The position numbers and the translations under genes were made by a program. The notes beneath the pieces were generated by a model. It had not been told where the DNA came from, did no database searches, and worked only from the letters and a program-made list of their open reading frames with translations. From Reclinomonas americana ATCC 50394 (taxonomy: Eukaryota), in the NCBI GenBank assembly GCA_048213135.1, contig PS015009.1:1-64000 (forward strand): 64,000 nucleotides of DNA, read 5' to 3'. Positions 58,869 to 64,000 of the stretch are shown here, piece after piece. Numbering within the stretch: position 1 is the first letter of the stretch; each line of letters starts with the position of its first letter.

Positions 58869-59525
58869 TCAATCCTTCCACAAAAAAGGAAAAAGGATCA
58901 CCGCCATTCCAATCACCAGCACATCCAGCCCGGCAATCAGTCCGGCCAGTTGCAATACCGCCCCGTCCCTGAATACCTCAGCAAAGGCCATCTTGCTCAG
59001 CCTCATCAGCAAAAGCAGTTGCGGTAATATAACGGGGAAGCCCAGGATGGCCATAAGTGCGGCGTTCTGCTGCGCCCGGGCGGCAATGGCGCTCATCAAT
59101 GTAAATACGAGACTGATACTCACCCCACCCAGTACCACAATACCTGTAAACTGTAACGCGTTGCTGAGCGGGTTGCCCAGGAATACGGTATACAGCAAAA
59201 GGCTCACGAGGCTCATCAGCATCATCAGCACCAGGTTATACCCCATCTTGGCGATAATAAACTCTACAGGCGAAACAATGGAATAGAAATACAGCATCCT
59301 GCCCCGGCTTTCCTGCAAAAAGCTTTTGGCCACGGCATTCACGCAAATGAACAGCTGGATCACCCAAAACAGTCCATTCCACACATCTGCTGCCAGGCTG
59401 TCGACTGACAGATATAAAACAAAGATTGTTGATGCTATATACAGCAGTATGCCATAAAAAGTATGCTGCTGGCGGGATTCCAGTAAAATATCCTTAGACA
59501 ATAAGGCAACAACACGGTTGAACAT
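58869..59525 (-). CDS. ccmB: Heme exporter protein CcmB
   Basis: KDILLE.R, AKSF.QE..GR..Y, ILGFP..LP.L and LFPFLW motifs; start at MFNRVV. Confidence 0.88.
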   Translation of the reverse strand: MFNRVVALLSKDILLESRQQHTFYGILLYIASTIFVLYLSVDSLAADVWNGLFWVIQLFICVNAVAKSFLQESRGRMLYFYSIVSPVEFIIAKMGYNLVLMMLMSLVSLLLYTVFLGNPLSNALQFTGIVVLGGVSISLVFTLMSAIAARAQQNAALMAILGFPVILPQLLLLMRLSKMAFAEVFRDGAVLQLAGLIAGLDVLVIGMAVILFPFLWKD

Positions 59526-59748
59526 GCCTGCAAAATAAACACAATTGATCCCGGGATTGTAAAATTTTAATGACATTCCCGCCAAAAGAGCAACAGCGCT
59601 GCATTTTTATCGCTCCAAAGCCAGGCCTGGCAACAACACCAGTTAATCCCCCGCTTCCACTACCGCTTTTTTCACAAGGGCTTTTACTATTGCTTTAACA
59701 AAACTTTAGCATTAAATTGAATTTTCTCTTTTTTACACCACCCAAAAA

Positions 59749-62688
59749 ATGAAACAAATGAGAAATTTTCTAACGATTGCTTTAGCGGGCACAGCATTAC
59801 TGCTGTCTGCCGGTACAAAAGCCCAGGACCTTGTAAAAGGTGAGCCGGGCATGTACCCCTCCTACCTGGATTTTAAAAACGCTCCCCGCAGTTTTTCCAA
59901 AAACACGGTGTTCCTGGCCGATGAGCAGGGAAAACTGGCTTCATCTACAGCAGCCAAACTTTTCATTAAAGACAAAGACAACCTGGGTATGGAACACTAC
60001 CGTTACCAACAGGTGTACAATGGCATCCCGGTTGAACACACGATGTATATCGTGCACGTCAGCAACGGCAACATCACCAGCCAGAACGGTACCTGGGTCA
60101 AGGATTTCCCTGCTTCACTGAAACCGGCTGCTGGTATCACTGCATCGGCAGCTATTCAGAAAGCACTCGCCTTCGTCAATGCCAAAACTTATAAATGGCA
60201 GGTACCCGGCGAAGAAGCTTTACTGAAACAGGATAAGAAAGACAACAAGGCCACTTTCTATCCGCAACCCGAACTGGTATGGTACAGCGGCGAAACGGAA
60301 GTCAATCCTTCCGCGCTGCGTCTTGCTTACAAAATGGACATCTACGCCCATAACCCGGTAAGCCGCCAGGTTATTTATATAGATGCGCAGAACGGATCTG
60401 TACTGGGCAAACGCGAACGCATCCATTTCACTAATGCCAATGGTACTGCGGTTACGGCCTACAGCGGAACACAGGCCATTACCACCGATTATACCGGCAC
60501 CACCTACAGGTTGCGGGAAACCGGCCGTGGCAACGGTATCCAGACGTTCAACATGAAAACAGCCGGCACCAGTTATTCAGCAGCGGTTGACTTTACCGAT
60601 GCCGACAATAACTGGAATAATGTAAATACCAATAAGGATCAGTACGCAACAGATGCACACTGGGGCGCTGAAAAAACATACGATTATTATTTTACAAAAT
60701 ACAACCGCAACAGCATCGACAATGCCGGTTTCCTGCTCAAAAGCTATGTACACGTAAACCTGGTGGCACAGGGCTATCCGGATAATGTAAACGCTTTCTG
60801 GGATGGCCTGCGCATGAGTTACGGCGATGGTAACAGCACTTACGCTCCGCTCACCGCATTGGACATTGCCGGTCATGAGATCACACACGGTCTTACCGAA
60901 AATTCTTCCAACCTCAACTATTCCGGTGAGTCCGGCGCTTTGAACGAAGGCTTCAGTGATATCTTCGGCACCGCTATCGAATTTTATGCCCGCCCAACGA
61001 GGGCCAACTGGACCATTGGTGAAGACATTGGCGCTGCTTTCCGCAGCATGAGCAATCCCAATGCTTTCAGCCAGCCGGATACTTACCAGGGCACTTACTG
61101 GTACACCGGCTCCGCCGATAACGGTGGCGTACACACGAACAGCGGCGTGCTCAATTTCTGGTTTTACCTGATGTCGCAGGGCGGCAGCGGCACCAATGAT
61201 AAAGGCACAGCTTACAGCGTTAGCGCATTGGGTATCGACAAAGCAGCGGCCATCGCTTTCCGCGCCAACACAGTTTACCTGAGCGCTACTTCCAACTACG
61301 CAGCCGCACGTACCTGGACCATCAAAGCCGCCGAAGACCTCTATGGCGTAGGCAGCAATGAAGCCAACCAAACCGCCTGTGCATGGGCAGCAGTAGGTGT
61401 AGGTACCTGCGGAACCACATCTACCTGTAATGCACCAACAGGTTTAGCCGCATCCTCTATCAGCAATACCGGCGCTACAGTAAGCTGGACAGCCGTAAGC
61501 GGCGCCAGCAATTACGCCGTTGATTACAAAACAACCGCGTCTTCTACCTGGACCAGCGCTGCAACAGCTACCACAGCCACATCTGTAACCCTGAGCGGCC
61601 TGACCGCTTCCACGGCTTACGACTGGAGGGTACGTACCAATTGCAGCAGTTCCAGCAGTACTTACAGTACAGGAACATTTACCACCACGGCAACGCCTCC
61701 GGGTTGTTCAACTGCCTATGAAGCCAATGGAACACTGGCTACAGCAGCTGCCATTTCAACAGGAACAGCCGTGTCTGCAGCTATTAGTCCGAGTGGCGAT
61801 ATCGATTATTACAAAGTAACGACTACGGCTACCAGCAATTTCAGCATCACACTCACTAACCTGCCCGGTGATTACGACCTGTACTTCTATAACAGTGCAG
61901 GTACACAAATAGGAAGTTCAGAAGCAGGCGGTACCACCAGCGAAACCATCACACTCAGCAACCAGGCTGCCGGTACATATTACGTTCGTGTGATCGGTTA
62001 CAATGGTGCCAACAGCGCTGCTGTTTGTTATAATCTTACTGTGAACGCCACCACCGTTACCGGTTGCGCCAGCAGTTACGATGTGTCCACCAACGGTACC
62101 ACTTCAGGAGCCGCTACCATTCCGTTCAATACCAATATCACGGGGCTCATCAGTCCGACAGCCGATGTCGACAATTACAAATTCGTGATCACCACAGGTG
62201 GTACCATTACTGTTACACTGGGTACACTGCCTGCCGACTACGACCTCAAACTGCTCAACAGCGCGGGTACACAGGCAGGTATTTCGCAGAACGGAAGCAC
62301 CACCAGTGAAACCATCAATTACACCGCAGCGGCGGGTACTTACTATGCACAGGTGTATGGTTATAACGGTGCCAACAGTGCCACCACTTGTTATACACTG
62401 AAAGTACAATTGGGTACCGCAAGCATCACCGGTACGGAAATGGTGACTGCTGATAAGTTGTCGGTATCTCCCAATCCTGCATCAGGCTTCATCAACATTA
62501 CCATACCCGGCAACATCAACGGACGCGGCAGTTTCCGCATCATGGATGCCAAAGGCAATGTGGTATTGCAGCAGGGTGTTACCGGCAAATTGCAGCGGGT
62601 GGATGTATCGAAACTGCCCGCAGGCGTTTACCTGGTACAGGTGAACAACAACGGTTACAACAGCAGTACCCGTTTTGTAAAACAATAG
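59749..62688 (+). CDS. M4 (thermolysin-family) metalloprotease, T9SS cargo (FTP/PepSY, M4, FN3, two PPC, CTD)
   Basis: NAFWDG, HEITH, GALNEGFSD and GGVHTNSG motifs; D.DYYK..DYDL PPC repeats; CTD SPNPA..GVYLV. Confidence 0.95.
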   Translation: MKQMRNFLTIALAGTALLLSAGTKAQDLVKGEPGMYPSYLDFKNAPRSFSKNTVFLADEQGKLASSTAAKLFIKDKDNLGMEHYRYQQVYNGIPVEHTMYIVHVSNGNITSQNGTWVKDFPASLKPAAGITASAAIQKALAFVNAKTYKWQVPGEEALLKQDKKDNKATFYPQPELVWYSGETEVNPSALRLAYKMDIYAHNPVSRQVIYIDAQNGSVLGKRERIHFTNANGTAVTAYSGTQAITTDYTGTTYRLRETGRGNGIQTFNMKTAGTSYSAAVDFTDADNNWNNVNTNKDQYATDAHWGAEKTYDYYFTKYNRNSIDNAGFLLKSYVHVNLVAQGYPDNVNAFWDGLRMSYGDGNSTYAPLTALDIAGHEITHGLTENSSNLNYSGESGALNEGFSDIFGTAIEFYARPTRANWTIGEDIGAAFRSMSNPNAFSQPDTYQGTYWYTGSADNGGVHTNSGVLNFWFYLMSQGGSGTNDKGTAYSVSALGIDKAAAIAFRANTVYLSATSNYAAARTWTIKAAEDLYGVGSNEANQTACAWAAVGVGTCGTTSTCNAPTGLAASSISNTGATVSWTAVSGASNYAVDYKTTASSTWTSAATATTATSVTLSGLTASTAYDWRVRTNCSSSSSTYSTGTFTTTATPPGCSTAYEANGTLATAAAISTGTAVSAAISPSGDIDYYKVTTTATSNFSITLTNLPGDYDLYFYNSAGTQIGSSEAGGTTSETITLSNQAAGTYYVRVIGYNGANSAAVCYNLTVNATTVTGCASSYDVSTNGTTSGAATIPFNTNITGLISPTADVDNYKFVITTGGTITVTLGTLPADYDLKLLNSAGTQAGISQNGSTTSETINYTAAAGTYYAQVYGYNGANSATTCYTLKVQLGTASITGTEMVTADKLSVSPNPASGFINITIPGNINGRGSFRIMDAKGNVVLQQGVTGKLQRVDVSKLPAGVYLVQVNNNGYNSSTRFVKQ

Positions 62689-62711
62689 CGATCAGCCAAC
62701 CCTTAAACGAT

Positions 62712-62741
62712 AAACATCCGCCTCCGGGCGGGTGTTTTTTT
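62712..62741 (+). terminator. Intrinsic terminator
   Basis: AAACATCCGCC-TCCG-GGCGGGTGTTTTTT. Confidence 0.85.
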
Positions 62742-62938
62742 ATGCTGAAAATTAAAAGCTTGCACACCGTTTTGTTAACGAAAAAACTTCGGCAGGGATA
62801 TTCACACGTAGGAACCCCCGCTAAACATACGCAGGCCGAAACCGTTATTCACAGCGGTTTTACAGAGTGCTTTTACGCTTGTGAAAATTGTTGCTAACGA
62901 TTAATTTGTACAACTTTATTAACGCTTAAACTACCATT

Positions 62939-64000
62939 ATGAAAAGAATTACCGCTACTCTTTGTACGTTGTTTTTTTCCGTCATTGCTTTTTCACAAAA
63001 CTGGGAAAGAACAACAACCGCATCCATAACCGGTGTTACAGACCGCGTGGTCAAACCACAGCAGTTCAACCTCACCAGGCTGGATGTGCCTTCACTGCTC
63101 ACCGTACTCAACAGCAGCCCGCAGGAATTTTCTGACCGGGCAAGGACCAACCCGGTGATCATGCAACTGCCTATGCCAGACGGAAGCCTGAAACGATTCC
63201 GTATTACACAGTCATCTATTATGGAAAAAGGCCTGGCCGACCAGTTCCCCGAAATAAAAACCTATGCGGGTCAGGGCATTGACGATCCGTATGCCACCGT
63301 AAGAATGGATTACAATCCTTACTTCGGTTTCAGCGCACAGATATTGTCATCTTCCGGAACCATCTACGTTGATCCGTACAGCAGGGGCAATACCCAATTC
63401 TATCAAAGCTACTCCGCGAAGGATTACCGCAATACGGCTAAAGAAATGGCGCCCTTTGTGTGCCACTCCGATTTTGCAGCGCCCACCATCAACGATGCAG
63501 CAGGCCCCTGCCGGGGAACACAATTGTTCACCTACCGCCTGGCCGTGGCCTGTACCGGTGAATATGCGGTTGCTGCGACTGGTCTTTCTTCACCGACTGT
63601 CGCTCAAACGCTGGCCAAGATCGTAACGACCGTTAACCGGGTAACCGGCATTTATGAAAATGAAGTAGCTGTAAGACTGTTACTGATATCGAATGAAAGC
63701 GCCATTATTTTTACCAATGCAAGCACCGATCCTTTCAATGGTAATAACGACGCCAATACACTGATCGACGAAAGTCAGTCCGTGATCACCACCAATATCG
63801 GCTCTGCCAATTTTGATGTTGGACACACCTTCAGCACAGGCGGCGGCGGACTGGCCGGCCTGGGCGTGGTTTGTGTAAGCGGACAAAAAGCCAGCGGCAT
63901 TACCGGCAGCGCCAATCCCGTAGGTGACGCGTATGATGTGGATTACGTAGCACACGAACTCGGTCACCAGTTTGGCGGTAACCACACGTTCAACAGCGTT
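62939..64000 (+). CDS. Reprolysin-like (M12B) zinc metalloprotease (partial, runs off the right edge)
   Basis: Absent from the ORF track. Manual translation gives MKRITATLCTLFFSVIAFSQ..LPMPDG..YRLAVACTGEY..FDVGHTFSTGGGGLA..DYVAHELGHQFGGNHTFN. Confidence 0.9.
   Translation, partial: MKRITATLCTLFFSVIAFSQNWERTTTASITGVTDRVVKPQQFNLTRLDVPSLLTVLNSSPQEFSDRARTNPVIMQLPMPDGSLKRFRITQSSIMEKGLADQFPEIKTYAGQGIDDPYATVRMDYNPYFGFSAQILSSSGTIYVDPYSRGNTQFYQSYSAKDYRNTAKEMAPFVCHSDFAAPTINDAAGPCRGTQLFTYRLAVACTGEYAVAATGLSSPTVAQTLAKIVTTVNRVTGIYENEVAVRLLLISNESAIIFTNASTDPFNGNNDANTLIDESQSVITTNIGSANFDVGHTFSTGGGGLAGLGVVCVSGQKASGITGSANPVGDAYDVDYVAHELGHQFGGNHTFNSV

Noticed and set aside
33408..61371. Long antisense ORFs (33408-34280, 38555-39301, 47394-48134, 56194-56766, 60577-61371)
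   Set aside because: Each lies wholly opposite a well-supported gene and lacks recognizable motifs; expected from codon bias.

Overview
Chromosomal window from a Bacteroidota genome, most consistent with Chitinophagaceae. The evidence is T9SS cargo proteins, a SusC/SusD locus, TTTG-N20-TAnnTTTG promoters and AT-rich translation starts. There is one 20-N scaffold gap at 9034-9053. Contents in order: a PorU2-like C25 peptidase (cut by the left edge) with a PorV2-like partner; tyrS; GDSL and GH125 hydrolases; an S9 lipoprotein peptidase; a cyanophycin locus (cphB, Tat-exported PLP enzyme, cphA); tRNA-Gln; T9SS cargo genes; a MocR-EamA-GNAT-ilvE-TauE cluster; a 19.5-kb starch/alpha-glucan utilization locus (PUL); pafA; a SulA/CapB-like sulfonolipid synthase; an ECF sigma factor with a probable dual-membrane-spanning anti-sigma; gdhA; a partial ccm operon; and two secreted metalloproteases. 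No CRISPR array, prophage, integrase or transposase was found. The most notable signals are: (1) a starch PUL apparently controlled by a degenerate-Nudix NrtR regulator through a readable GTGT-N7-ACAC operator at all three promoter regions; (2) a recurring GCAWCS-N16-CGTCT ECF-type promoter motif upstream of T9SS genes; (3) the Dma-like anti-sigma module; (4) a nested GGTTGACATC palindromic element inside the ccm operon; (5) a CcmC with a remodelled WWD loop. All calls come from motif recognition and memory of protein families; no database search was run.
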